From: Lama guanicoe
Taxonomy: Eukaryota
Direction of reading: 5' to 3'
Length of the DNA: 64,000 nucleotides
NCBI GenBank assembly: GCA_013239625.1
Contig: MU053379.1
Location: 5,332,714 to 5,396,713 of the forward strand
Each line of letters begins with the position of its first letter. The stretch's first letter is position 1. The translations under genes were made by a program, and so were the position numbers. Positions 1 through 12,669 of this stretch are shown here, piece by piece. The notes below the pieces were generated by a model that was given only the letters and a program-made list of their open reading frames with translations, made no database searches and was not told the DNA's origin.

Positions 1-1511
1 TATATGTACGAAAATACTAGAGTATCTTATCCCCATTTTACAGAATTTGCCCAGGATCAGAGAGCAAGGAAGTAGTGGAGTCATAATTCGTATGCAGACA
101 GGTCAGACTCCAGAACTTGGCTTTCTCCTGCTTCCTAAACAAATACAAATATTTCCAACAAATATTAAAAAGGATAAATATCCCCCAAAATACTAAAAAT
201 GCACATACAATTTTTTAAAAATTGTAAGACTCCCAAGAATAATAAGCAAAGGACATAATATATCATAAAACTGGAACTGTGGATGACAGCATTTGAAAAG
301 ACGTGCAACTTTCAAAAATATGAACTCCAGTTTTATAAATATACCAAAAAGCATATTCTGAAATGAAAATAAAAATATACTCTCTAAAATATTTCCTGTA
401 ATGTCATTTATGACAGCAGAATGCTGAAAACATAGATCTAACAAAAAGAGAAAAGACGGCTAATTGTGTACGGGCTATGTGATGGAATATTATCCCATGG
501 TTGGAGGTAATGTTTAGGAAGAATTTACAATAGAGTAGTTAAATAGTTATATGTTAAATGAAAGAAACAGGATACAAAATTACATCAGGTATGATCTCAG
601 ATATGTAAATCAACAGGTGCTGAAGAAAAGGAAAAGCCCAAAATTGTAACAGTGGGAAAAAATTTCTGTAACAGTGGATGTTTCTTTTCTACACTCCTCT
701 CCATTTTGTAAGGTTTCTACAACGATTTTGTATCCTTTCAGAATCAAGAAAAATCCACTGAGAAGGAAAACAAAACCCTAGACCCCCAAACCCATTAACG
801 ACACAGGAATTTACTAGCAGACTCTTAGGCGCCTCCTCACTCCCCCACAAGTTTCCCTGAACCTGATTCCTTCCAAAATTCACCTCCCAACAAAATCTTC
901 CCAAGCCTTTGCCCCCCCACCCCAACCTTACTGCCTCATACATGGTGTTCCCCCAAATTCATTCTCCTTCATCCTGAGTTCCCTAAACCTCACGCTGAGC
1001 TCAGAACTCCTCAAGCCTCGCTGCCCCTCTCTGCCGGCGGGACAGCCCTGGAGGCAAGCCCGGGGAACGGCCGCAACTCAGCCCCGGCTTGGCCGGAGCA
1101 GGGCAGGCAGTGTGGGAGAGGAGGGTCCGTCTCTCCTCCCGAAATTCTCAGAAGGGCTCATTCCCCTAGCGACTGCTCTCCCTGGGCCTGGCCGCTGCTG
1201 GTTGCTGCCTTGAAGCGGGCGACTCAACGTGACAGGCTTCCTACGCGCACCGGCAGCTCCCAGTCACGGCTCGCTCCTGGGCTCCGCGCCACCCGCCGAG
1301 CCCCGCCCCCGGCTTCCCGGCGCGACGGCGCGTCTGCGTGCGCGCGGCGCAGGCGGGGCTTCCCGCCCCGGCGCACGGACGCGGCTCCCCCGACCGCCCG
1401 AGCGCCCGCGTGGCGGGCGGGCGCCTGCGCTCCGAGCCGGCCCCGGACGCGGCCCCGGGTCCGAACGGGCGGTCCCCGCTCTGGCGCAGCCTCCGCTGAG
1501 CTTCAGCTCAC

Positions 1512-1529
1512 CGAGCCTTTGTCCGCCAT
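1512..1529 (-). CDS. Putative first coding exon of an unidentified minus-strand gene (MADKGS...)
   Basis: Minus strand reads gtggccATGGCGGACAAAGGCTCG|gtgagc: strong Kozak context followed by a canonical donor inside the CpG island. No downstream exon was identified. Confidence 0.45.
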
Positions 1530-1689
1530 GGCCACAGCCGCGGCTCGGATGCCGCAGCTGCACGGCTTCCTAGTCCCTCCACGGCCGCGCCGGCCTAAGG
1601 GCGCTCCGTCGAACGGCGCCCCGTCTAACGGCCGCCCCGGCAGCCGCGCCGCGCACCGCACTTCCGGGTTGCTGGCCCCACCCACAGCC

Positions 1690-1717
1690 GTGCGTGCGTG
1701 CGTGCGTGCGTGCGTGC
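1690..1717. repeat. (GTGC)7 microsatellite
   Basis: Direct reading: gtgcgtgcgtgcgtgcgtgcgtgcgtgc. Confidence 0.9.
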
Positions 1718-2500
1718 ATCGTCTCCATAGCGGCGGCGGACGCGGAGGGACGAGGCTCCTGGAGAAAGGAGGCCGACCTGGGGCGCCCGGTGTGCGCGCT
1801 CACCTGGCCCGGGGTCTCGGGCCGCCGAGCGGAGGGAGACAGGGCCTGGGGGCTACCTTGCTTCATCCCGCCTCGGCTGGGGCTCTTTGGGCTACTGGGA
1901 CCTGTGCCATCGCCGTGCTTTGAAAAATTGCGTGGGTCTAATACTGACATTTTCTTTGCTTTTTTCTGTATGAACTGCAAAGACAAGTTTTTAGAAAACT
2001 GTATGCCTTAATACTGAAAGTATGAGATGAAAAGACTTCTTGCTTTTCCTAGTGGCATAAAGTAACTTCAAATATTTTCTTTTCTTTTCTAGTCTTGGCA
2101 TCCTTCTTCAGTATGGCATTCTCTATTTTTGGTTGAAACTTCTTTTATTTTCTAAAGCAGACATTGAAAATTACAGTTGATCTCTTTAAAGAGGCGATTT
2201 TCTGATAAAATGACAAGCTACTGCTTATTTGAAAGTATAGTCTGTTTTCACACATTTAATAAGTATACAAAAATATGGCACTGGTGTTACATTTAGGGTT
2301 AGCTTTCCCTTTATGATGCAGTAGCTAATATATGGATGATGTCTGAGTTGGATTATGTAGTTTGAAACAGACTTTTTTTTTTTAAACCTTCAGTAGACAT
2401 TTTTAAACACTTCACACTTGAATTGGTTTAAACCTAACAAAAAGATTATTTTAAAAATTTTATATACTATACCTATATGTATATATATTTCCTTTTTTAG

Positions 2501-2594
2501 AAAAAGAGCAAATGGGGACCTAATAGGCCGTATGATCAAAGTTTAAGTGATTCTTCCTCTCACTCTCAGGATAAACGTCATGAGAAAGAAAAAA
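2501..2594 (+). other. Putative spliced exon of a plus-strand transcript from the CpG island
   Basis: Acceptor tttccttttttag| and perfect donor |gtaagt; 94 nt. One frame is open (KKSKWGPNRPYDQSLSDSSSHSQDKRHEKEK), and an ATG at 2580 reads MRKKK up to the donor. Coding status unknown. Confidence 0.55.
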
Positions 2595-5500
2595 GTAAGT
2601 GGATTTGTTGTTGCTAAATATGTAGCACATCTGCTTAATAGATTTTTTTTCCTTTTTCATATAAAATTAACTTCTTGATAGCTGAATGGAAATATTGAAA
2701 TACTGAAAAAATTTTGACTAATACAGAGTATTAAGTCAAAGAGTAGGTTTAAAATAATATGCCGTATTTGTGAATATGGTTTGTATCTGTTTCATCTGAA
2801 ATATTGAAAATTTGACGATGCGTGAGAGGGATTTCCTGCATGTGTTACTCTGGTCATCTTTTGAAATCTTCAGGTGATGTTAGCAATAATTGTTGCTATA
2901 TATTATTAACTGATTATTTCACATGTAGATAAAAATCTCATCAGCTTTTTTCCTTTATAATATAGAACACTTTTGAAGTTCTATATATTCTTGACTTCCT
3001 CCCCAGTGATGCTAATGCTAATGGTTTATTATTTTTTAATGACTAAATGTCATGCCATTTGTTTGAGAGTATTTCATCTTTTAATTAAAACACTAAAAGC
3101 TTGCCTAGTACTAATCTGTCTTCTTCTGATCTGTTTTCTGCTTACACTTTTACTTACTGTAAAGAATATGAGTAATTTTTAGTAAACTAATGATAAGTAT
3201 TGTAGAATCAATCATTCATAGGACATATTGCTCACACAGGAAAAGGACACCACTATGAATTGTTTTTAACGAAGTGAAGATACAAAGGACATCTTCAATT
3301 AGGAAAGAACATTACTCTTAAACAGTTGGTATAAACTAGTTTGGAAAATATTTCCACAGATTGTGTTAAAAACTAAATCATGTAATATTTTCATGTTTGT
3401 AAATACTTAGGATTTGGGAGAGTGACTGAAATGCTAATTTTATTTAAAAACAAATTTGAATTTGGTTTGAATTTCTTCTTTCAAAGTAAGCATTTAAAAA
3501 ACTTAATTTTTTTATTTTGAGATTAATTTTCCAACTGTGAGTGAAATAATAATTACAACTTTACATTCTGCTTTAGAACATTTATTAGGTTTATGTATTT
3601 TTTTGGTGCATCTTGGGCAGCAAGTGCACATATTCATTTTGATTTCTTTAACCTGGTGGTTTCGTGGTAGTGAAAATAGAAGGGTTCTGTCTTGCTGTTT
3701 GTTGTTTGGGTTGCTGATGGAAAAGTGGTAGATTTGGTTTAATAAGCAATTTTTGTAACAACCATTGTGAAATTTTATTTAAGCTCTTTTATCCATGAAC
3801 AAGAAGTTCTTACATAGGGCTTATTATAAATTATGAAGAGGGGAGTCATACCAGTTATGTTCTTATGTTCTGCCATTTCATGAGCATTATCTTGCTTAAA
3901 GACTTATTCACTGTATGACCATGTTTATCTTAATATATGCCCTCTGTGTTATTTTTAAAGGACAATTATTAAATGTAATACATCGTTTAATAAATACATC
4001 ACTGATGACTATATTTAGTAATTTTTTTTCTCTGGGAGTGAAAGTTTTCATTTTATGAGTTTTTGCAGTTGTGAATGCTGGATTAAAAACGTTAGTCAAA
4101 CTTGTTTAAGTTGGTATTTTTGTTAATATGTAAATACTATTTGAATTTTACTTTTAACACATGTAATTTTAGTACAACTTGATTTTGTGCATTTTATTTT
4201 TTAATACCTAAGATTTTTTGATAATCCATAAAGGCTGTGAGATATGCTATAAATTTATTATTATTGTTAGACTTATTTGCTTGCCTTGGGAATATTTGGG
4301 AAGGGACTTTTTTTTTTTATACTATAGTATAATGTTAAGTGATAATATAGCTGTAAAGATTGGGTGTTATAGAGTGTCTTTCTCTCCATCCTTCCTTACC
4401 TCTTTTAAAAATTTAACATCCACTACAGTTGTCTTGGAAAACAACTTTTATATATATATGTATGTGTATATATATATGAATCATGGTATAAAATGTATTG
4501 ACGGGTAGTACTCATAGTCTGTCTGTGCTTTAACATTTTAAGATACTACATGATATGAACTAAGTTTTGGTGATGCTGTTTATAAGACATCGTTGAATCA
4601 CTCTCCCTCTGAGTTCTTTCATTTGCATTCATTCTCACATATTTTAAAATATCACTTATTAAGTTATAAGTAAGTGGTGATACAGAATATTTAATATGAA
4701 ATATTGTGTTTTCCAAATCACTTACTTAAAAAAGAAACCAACAGTTCATGAGTTAACTTTTCATATAATTATAAGAAAATTAATTTCTTTGAAAAAAGCC
4801 TTTGCTTTTCAGGAATTTCTGTGTGGCCCAAGATGCGTTACTACTTGTTGAATATTAACTGTTAAATGCCAGCAAGGGGAGGGGAAATGTTAGTGGTGAG
4901 ATAGCACTCTGAAGAAAGGACAGTTTCTATAAAAGCTTAGAAAATGGTAAAAGAATCCAAGTACATGTTTGGAATAATGGAGGCTCTCCATAGTACAGGC
5001 AGAGTTTAATTCAATCACAAAACAATTTGGATCGGGAAGTATTGTTTAAGAAGAGTATCTTCTGAGACTATTGATGTTAGCTACTGTTCATTGTGAAATA
5101 GAGTTTCCTTTTAAGCGTAGTGTGTTTATATTTACAGAAGCACTGCCTCAGAGTGAGGGGTGGGCACGAGCCAGGACAGGAGAGGTACGGCAGGCTTGGA
5201 GATGTGCGGCTGTATAGTGAGGCTCCCGGCTGCAGAAAGGATTTTTTCCTAAAGGCTAAGTTGGAGCTTATTATTCAGAAATCAGTGGTAATTTATTGCC
5301 TTGAGATAATCTGTGCCAGTTCATTTGAGCCTCACACGGTCCCCTTCCCGCGCATCATTGCTCACTAACTTAGAATGTATCCATAGCATCGTACTAGACT
5401 TACGGTACTTTACATCCGTATCGCTGTTAGTGACAGTGTGTTAGATGGAAATACACTCAGATCCAAGTAGATACGACCCCTATGTCCCCTACTACAGCTA

Positions 5501-6094
5501 GAGGAATTTGTCGTCCACCCTGCCCTCCACCCCATGCTTGCCTTTGGTTCCATTCTATTCTTAATAGCTGGCAGCAGATACAGGAACTTACTGGCAGTAT
5601 AAGCACTGTTAGGGTGCTGTGGGGGTTGGGGGCGAGAGAGGCTTTGTGACTAGTGCTTTGTGAACCTCAGGGATAAACCAGACTTCCCTTTTGGTTAGGA
5701 CTGCTCATCTGTTTGAAGAGAACCGGGTTACTTCTGTGGCCCTTAGAGGTGTAAAACTCTTCATCACGGAGTTGTCATTATTTCTCTGCATTTTTTAAAA
5801 AAGTTCTCAGCATTGAGAGTTAGGTGACATCCCCTTCCCTTTATTGTGTGTGCTTCCCTTTGGAGATCTTCCACTCAGGTTAAAGCTTTAAGCTTCTGCA
5901 TGTGCAAAGAGTTAAGAGAGGGCAGGGAACAGTAATTTAGATTGTCTGGAGTATGTGTTAGGTGGGGCTGAAGAGTGACGGGATGAGAGTGTTCAGTTAA
6001 GAAGGGGCCATGAGGAGTTTGGTGAGTAATGCTAGTTTCATCCTTCACCTTGGGTTATTGGGCAGCTGGCCAGAAGGATTAACATCTTTTTTTT

Positions 6095-6590
6095 TCTTTT
6101 TAACTTCTGATTTTGCAGTAATTGTAGACTTTGAGAAAAGTTGCAGAAATACTATACATTATTTCTTTGCATCTTTCACCTGGACCCCCAGGTTGTAAGC
6201 ATTTCATCACATTAGCTTTATCATGTCCTCCCTCCCTCCTTCTTCTCACTTTCTGTGTAAAATCTGTTTTCCTGAATTTTGGATAGTTAATTACAACTGT
6301 AGTGCCCCCTTAGTCTGAGTACTTCAGTGTGCAGTTTTAATCCTACATGATTTCAGTGTGGTTACAAAAATCAGTAGATTTATGCTGTTGCAGAACTGTT
6401 AGCTATTCTACAGATCCTATGCAGATTCACCTGCTAATGTCCTCCATTCCAAAGGAAGGAGAAACTTTTTTCTGGTCCAGAATCCAACTCAGGATCACAC
6501 ACTGCGTTCATTTGTCCTGTTGTTTAGTTTCTCCCAGTCTGTAATGTTTTCTCCTCTGTCTTTCTTGACCCTGATGTTTCTGAAGCCCTC
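6095..6590 (-). mobile_element. Old L1 (L1MC-like) 3' fragment
   Basis: aattgtagactttgagaaaagttgcagaaatac...ttcacc is typical of an antisense L1MC 3' end. Confidence 0.65.
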
Positions 6591-7219
6591 GCCGTTTCAG
6601 GTTCTCAGAGGCAGACTAGATCTTAACACTGGATTTTACAGCCACACCCCGCTTTGCTCTCATACAGTGATCTGCTGGTAGTGGCTTAAATTTTTTGTTT
6701 GTCTGGAAGCTGTTCCATACTTGAGCATTGTTTCTGTCTGGAGAGACTGGCAGTGTTCAAAAGCAGCAAGTCTTTGTTCCTTTTCATCAATGGCCTTTCT
6801 AATTTAGTTTATCTCTATACTGCTTTTTACTATAAATAGCAAAAAGTCAGACTGCACTTTAAATATATTATTTAGAAAGTCTCTGTATTTAAATCTTACA
6901 ATTCATTAAGTACATTTTCTATTTTCTATGTTACCACAGACAACAATTTTGCTAAACTTTGTTATTACATAACAAGAACCCCTGTTCTCTAACTTTCAGT
7001 TACTTTTTTTTGGTTATTTCCCATCCCCCCCTTTTAAGCCCTCCTTAGGAGCCTCCTGGAAGGCCATACGTTTTAGGAACAGCCTCTTCTGTGCTCTTTA
7101 GGTGTTCACGCATCATCTCCTGAAAGTCCTTTCAGCTTCTGCCCTCTGTCTAATTCCAAGCAACTCCCACACTTAGGTTTTTTGTTGTGGTAGCATCCCA
7201 TGCCTTGTAACAAAACTGA

Positions 7220-7612
7220 GCATCGGCTACCTGTTGCAGCATAACACATTACCCTGAAAATTAGGGACTTAAGGCTGTAATTAATACTTATTTTCTCAGC
7301 GTTTCTATGGGTCAGGAATTTAGACCCAGCTGGCTGTTTCTAGTTTAGAATCTGGTCAGATTGCAGGTTGATGTCAGGCCTGTAGTCATTTGAAGGCTTG
7401 ACTAAGGCTGGTAGATATGCTTCCCGGATGGCTTATTCACACGGCTGGCCAGTTGGTGCTGGCGGAGTAAGAACCCCATTTTCTTGCTGCATAGAACTTC
7501 CCATAGAGCCACCTGAGTGTCCTTATGACATGGTATCTAGCTTTTTTCAGAGTAAGAGAGCAAGGTGGAAACTACAGTATTTTTTGTGAACTAGCCTCAG
7601 ATGTCACATGTT
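7220..7612. mobile_element. MaLR LTR (MLT1-type)
   Basis: Motifs gcataacacattaccc, tgggtcaggaattt, tgagtgtccttatgacatgg and ctagcctcagatgtcaca. Confidence 0.7.
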
Positions 7613-7659
7613 GTCCCCACCACCCCCCTCCACCCCCTCAAACACATAGTTGGGATGCC

Positions 7660-8890
7660 CTTTTTTCTAAACTGTTTTTTGGTGCTAAATATATATATAA
7701 AATATCATTTGCCACTTTAGCTACTTTTGAGGCACACCACCATTTTTGCATAACTGGAACTCTGTAGCCATGAAGCAGTAACCCCCAGCCCCGCTCCAAG
7801 CCCCTGGCAGCCGCTGTCCTGCTACCTGCTCTTAGAAATTTGCCTGCTCAGCATTCCCTGTGTAAATGGGCTGTACTGTTGTGTACCTGCCACATTTGCT
7901 TATTCATTTATCTGTTGATGGACACTTGAGTTGCTTGTTCGTTCTGGCTATTGTGGATGAGGAATGCTGCTATGAACGTGGGTTGGGTATACAAATATCT
8001 CTTCAAGACCCTGCTTTCAGGTTTTTGGGTATATACCCAGAAGTGGAATTGCTGGATCACATGGTGATTCTGTGTTTAATTTTTTGAGGAACTACTATAC
8101 TATTTTCCACAACAGCTGTAGCATTTTACATTTCCACCAACAAAGGTTCTACTTTCTCCACATCCTTACCAATGCTCACTTTCTGTTTTTGCTTTTCTCG
8201 GTGGTAGTCTTGTTCCTCGATTATGATAAGTCACTTGGTCTTTGGCTCTTTTGTTTATTTTTTTTTTCTTCTGAGTCTTGCCTCTTTCTTTCTTCCTTCC
8301 TTCCTTCCTTCCTTCCTTCCTTCCTTCCTTCATTCCTACCTTCCTCTTCCTTCCTTCCTTCTTTTCTTTTCTTTTCTTTCTTTTCCATTCTTTTCTTTCG
8401 CAGTTTCAGGTTCACAACAGAATTGAGCAGAAAATGCAGAGAGTTCGCACATAGCCCTCCGTACCCACACATATATCCTCCCCTACCCTCAACATCCCTC
8501 ATCAGTGTGACATATTTGGTACAATCGATGATCCAACATGGACACATTACTGTCAACCAAAGTCCACAGTTTACATTAGGGTTCATTCTTGATGTACATT
8601 CTGTGGGTTTTGACAAATGCATAATGACATGTAGCCACCACTATGGTATCATACAGAATACTTTCATTGCCCTAAAAATCTCTTGCTCTCCACCTGTTCA
8701 TTCCTCCCTCCCTCCGTCTCCACAAACGCCTGGAAACCATGATCTTTTTATAGTTTCTGTAGCTGTGCCTTTTCCAGAATGTCATTTGGTTGGAATCGTA
8801 CAGTTTGTAGCCTTTTCAGATTGGCTTCTTTCATTTAGTAATATGTCTTTTAAATTTCATCCATGTCTTTCATGTCTTGATAGCTCTTTT
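7660..8890 (-). mobile_element. Antisense L1 3' fragments interrupted by a (CTTC)n/(CTTTT)n repeat
   Basis: atacccagaagtggaattgctggatcacatgg and gtttcaggttcacaacagaattgagc are L1 3' motifs; simple repeat at about 8286-8400. Confidence 0.75.
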
Positions 8891-9019
8891 TTTTTGCCAC
8901 TACACGTATATTTTAAAATTTACATATATGTACTGTTCATTGTTTCTAAGAATGTTTAGAACTTTAGGTTTTTAAACTTACATAGTTATCAAAGGAATAA
9001 AGCCAACCACAAAGTAAGA

Positions 9020-9530
9020 ATTAATTCAGAAAGATACACACACCCTGCTATTAACAGCAACATTATTTATAATTGCCAAGATATGGAAGCATCCTAAGTG
9101 CACATGTACCAATATTTGAATAGATAATGGAGATGCAGCATGTACATATGTAATGGACTACAACTCACCCATAAGAAAGAAGGATATTTAGCCATTTGTG
9201 GCCCTTCATTCACTTTTTTTTTCACTTTAAAAACCAGAATTTTATAACTGGCAGAGACATTTCCATTACATCAAAAACAACAAAATACCTGGAAGTAAAC
9301 TTAACCAAAGAGGTTACCTATACTCTGAAAACCAAAATGACACAAAGAAATGGAAAGATTTCTTGTGCTTTGAATCAACACTATCAAAATGGCCACACTA
9401 CCCAAAGCAACCCACAGATCCCACGCAACCCCCATCAAAACACTTGTGACATTCCTCGCAGAACTAGAACAGACAATTCCAAAATGTATAAGGAACTACA
9501 AAAGACCCCGAACAGCCAAAGCGATCTTTT
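9020..9530 (+). mobile_element. L1 ORF2/3' fragments
   Basis: gcaacattatttataattgccaagatatggaagc and aaatacctggaagtaaacttaaccaaagagg. Confidence 0.7.
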
Positions 9531-9589
9531 GAAGGTCTCTCTCTCTTTTTCTTTTTTCCTCTCTCTTTTTTTTGCTCTCTTTTATTATG

Positions 9590-11505
9590 GTTTCATGACT
9601 AGAGAAAGTCCTCTAACATTTGTTGTAAAGCTGGTTTGGTGGTGCTGGAATCTTTTAGCTTTTGTTTATCTGTGAAGCTTTTGATTTCTCCGTCAAGTCT
9701 GAATGAGAGCCTTGCTGGACAGAGTGTTCTTGGTTGTAAGTTTCCCCCTTGCATCACTTTAAATATATCGTGCGCTCCCTTCTGGCCTGCAGAGTTTCTG
9801 CTGAGAAATCAGCTGGTAACCTTATGAGAGTTCCCTTGTATGTTATTCGTTGCTTTTCTCTTGCTAATTTTAATATTTTCTCCTTATCCTTAATTTCTGT
9901 CAATTTGATGACCATGAGCCTTGGTGTGTTCCTCTTTGGGTTGATCCTGTGTGATAGTCTCTTTGCTTCTTAGACTTGGGTGACTGTTAACTTTCCCAAG
10001 TTGGGGAAGTTTTCAATTGTTATCTCTCTAAAAAATTTCTCAGGTCATTTCTCTCTCTCTTCTCTTTCTGGGACCCCTATAATGTGAATATTAGTGCACT
10101 TCATGTTGTCCCAGAGTGCTCTTAAACTATTCTCATTCTTTATTATTGTATTGTTGATTTTTTTTTTTGGCAGGGGGTGGAGGAGGTAATTATGTTCATT
10201 TATTTTTAGAGGAGGTGCTGGGGATTGAACCCAGAACCTCATGCATGCTAAGCATGTGCTCTACCACTTGAGCTATACCTTCCCCCGTCCTCATTTCTTT
10301 TCATTCTTGTTTCTTTTTTCTGTTCTGCAGCAGTGATTTCCACTGATCTGTCTTCTAGCTCACTGATCCATTCTTCTGCCTTATTTAGTCTATACTTGGT
10401 TCCTTCTAGTGTATTATTCATTTCATCAATTTTATTCTTCAACTCTGGTTATTATTTATATTTTCCAACTCTTTGCTAAAAACTTTGCTTTGTGCATCTA
10501 TACGCCACGTGAGGTCTCTGAACATCTTTGCCATCATTACTTTAAACTCTTTCTCAGATAGGTTGTCTGTCTCCTCCTCACTTGTTTCTTCTTCTGGAAG
10601 TTTATCCTCTGCCTTGGCCTGGGGTATTCCTTTGCTGCCTCATATTGTCTGTCTTTCTATGTATGTGTGAATTCCTTCCACAGGCTTTGGGATTGTTATT
10701 TTCTTATTTCTAGTATCTACCTCTGGTGGATGGGGCTGGACTAGAGGCTTATGCAGGTTTCCTGGCAGGAGGAGCCAGTGCCTGCCCACCGCTGGGTGAA
10801 GCTTGGTCCTGGACCTCTGGTGGGTAAGGCTGTGTCTAGAGGTCTTTGTGGCTCAGGAAGTCTGCTGTTGGGTATGGCTAGGTCTTGATGCTACTGATCC
10901 AATCAAGATGTCAGTCTCCAGGAAAGCTCATGTAGATGAACACTCCTAGAATGTCCACTACCAGCTTTTATGTCCTCTGAGTGAGCCGCAGCCATCCTGC
11001 ATGTCCCCAGGAGATCCTCCAAATCCAGCAGGCAGGCCTGGCCCAGGTTTCTATGAAATCACTGCCTCTGCCCTTGGACCTGACACACGTGAGTTTCTGT
11101 GTATGCGTCCCAAGCAAATGGAGTGTCTGTTTTCTCTGGTCCCATGGGTCTTCCATAGCCAAGCCGTGCTGGCCTTCAGAACAAGATGTCCTGGGGTCTC
11201 CTTCTCTCCCCAATTCTGGAACCCGGGCTGGGGAGCCTGATGTGGGGCTTAGGGCTCTCACTCCTGTGGGAGGGCCTCTGAAACATAACTGTTCTTCAGT
11301 GTGTGGGTCACCCTCTAGGGCCCAATTATATCATGAGCATGCCCCTTCTACCTTCCGGCTGTGGTTCCCTCTTTATGTTTCCAGTTGCAGAAGATCTTTT
11401 TGCTAGGTTCCAGTCTATTTTTCGATGGTTGTTTAGCATTCAGTTGTGGTTTTGTTGTAGTCACAAGGAGAGGCCAGCTCATGGTCCTACCACTCTGCCA
11501 TCTTG
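9590..11505 (-). mobile_element. L1 5' portion (5' UTR and ORF1), antisense
   Basis: Minus-strand ORF1-like peptides (LRALWDNMKCTNIHIIGVPERE; RLNKAEEWISELEDR); ends at gccatcttga, a typical L1 5' end. Confidence 0.8.
10160..10286 (-). mobile_element. Camelid-type tRNA-Ala-derived SINE inserted in L1
   Basis: Reverse complement of ggggaaggtatagctcaagtggtagagcacatgcttagcatgcatgagg...ggttcaatccccagcacctcc plus an A-rich tail. Confidence 0.85.
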
Positions 11506-12261
11506 ACTGGAAATCCCAAGACTCATTTTCCATCACACAGTGCAAAGAGGGCCAGATGATGTTTGCTCATGCAGTCTGTTGTGTTGCAGTGGAGGGACCC
11601 TGAGTTTAGGGCTCCTGAATCTTTTGTCATGGACAGTAAGCAGGGCCACCTTTTGCTCCTAAAGTAGACATTCTGTCTTCTAAGTCTGATCATTATGCAA
11701 ACAACCTTGAAAAGATAGTTTAGAACAATGGGCAAGTCATTGCCTCACTCATAAGACACACAGAAACAGTACAGACTCAGGTAGAATTATCTGTGACAAT
11801 CCTCAAATTATGAGGATTAATACAGTGTTTATTTTTCATTCACAGCTAAGTCCAAAACAAATGTTCTTGATTGACAGACAGCTCTCTTATAAGCCCTCAG
11901 CCTTCTATTCAGTGCTGCTTCTGTGGCTGCCGTGCTCACTTGCATTAATCTCTGGAAACAGAAGGAGCATGGATACTACATACTTGGGGTTAAGGACCAG
12001 GCCAAGAGGTGACATACATCATTTTCATTCAGATTGCATATGACTTGAACCCAGTTAAATGCCACATCTAACTGCAAAGGAAACTGGCAAATGGCTAGAT
12101 TTTTTTTTTTAAGTAAGAAAAAGAAATGGGTTTGGTGAGTAGCTTGCTGACCATCTTTACCTCTAGCCCATTGTTTTGGTTAAGCCATATATAGTTATAA
12201 AAAATTCAAACGAACCAGAGCATTTTAAAAAATGCAAGTTAGTTTTAAAATACCCACTCCA

Positions 12262-12389
12262 AGGGGGGAGGGTATAGCTCAGTGGTATAGAGCATGCTTA
12301 GTATGCATGAGGTCCTGGGTTCAATCCCCAGTACCTCCATTAAATAAATAAATAAACATAAATAAATAAACCTAATTACCCCCCTCCCC
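12262..12389 (+). mobile_element. Camelid-type tRNA-Ala-derived SINE with 14-bp target-site duplication
   Basis: A box tagctcagtgg, B box ggttcaatccc and (TAAA)n tail; TSD aaatacccactcca at 12248-12261 and 12390-12403. Confidence 0.92.
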
Positions 12390-12669
12390 AAATACCCACT
12401 CCAGAATCCACCATCCAGAAATAGTCATCGTTACTACTAAGCACAAGTTCCAGATTTAAAATACATACAGAGAGAGATAAAAGGATGGTTAGATCAATAA
12501 AAATATTAAAATGATGTGATACTGCTACTTTCTAAAAATATTAAAGTCAGATTTATTTGGCTACATAGATGAAAAAGAAAGTGAAGTAAAATAGGTAACA
12601 TTGAAATTCAAATAAAAATTCCTTCTCACAAGAGATACTATTTTCTTAAATTTCAAATTAGTGTTTCTG

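Larger units (their letters stand above)
1020..1920. promoter_or_regulatory. CpG island, probable bidirectional promoter
   Basis: Very high GC and CpG density against AT-rich flanks; ETS-type ACTTCCGG at about 1660-1667, GC boxes (ccccgcccc about 1301) and NRF1-like GCGC motifs; exon-like units diverge from it on both strands. Confidence 0.9.

Noticed and set aside
1210..1923. 237-aa and other long ORFs over the CpG island
   Set aside because: Arg/Pro/Ala/Gly-rich products expected from stop-poor GC-rich DNA; no recognisable domain.
8072..8959. 295-aa ORF, the longest in the track
   Set aside because: Reads through antisense L1 fragments and a (CTTC)n repeat; low-complexity artefact.
12262..12340. 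tRNA-Ala-like sequence
   Set aside because: Has an A-rich tail, a TSD and several dispersed copies, so it is a SINE and not a tRNA gene.
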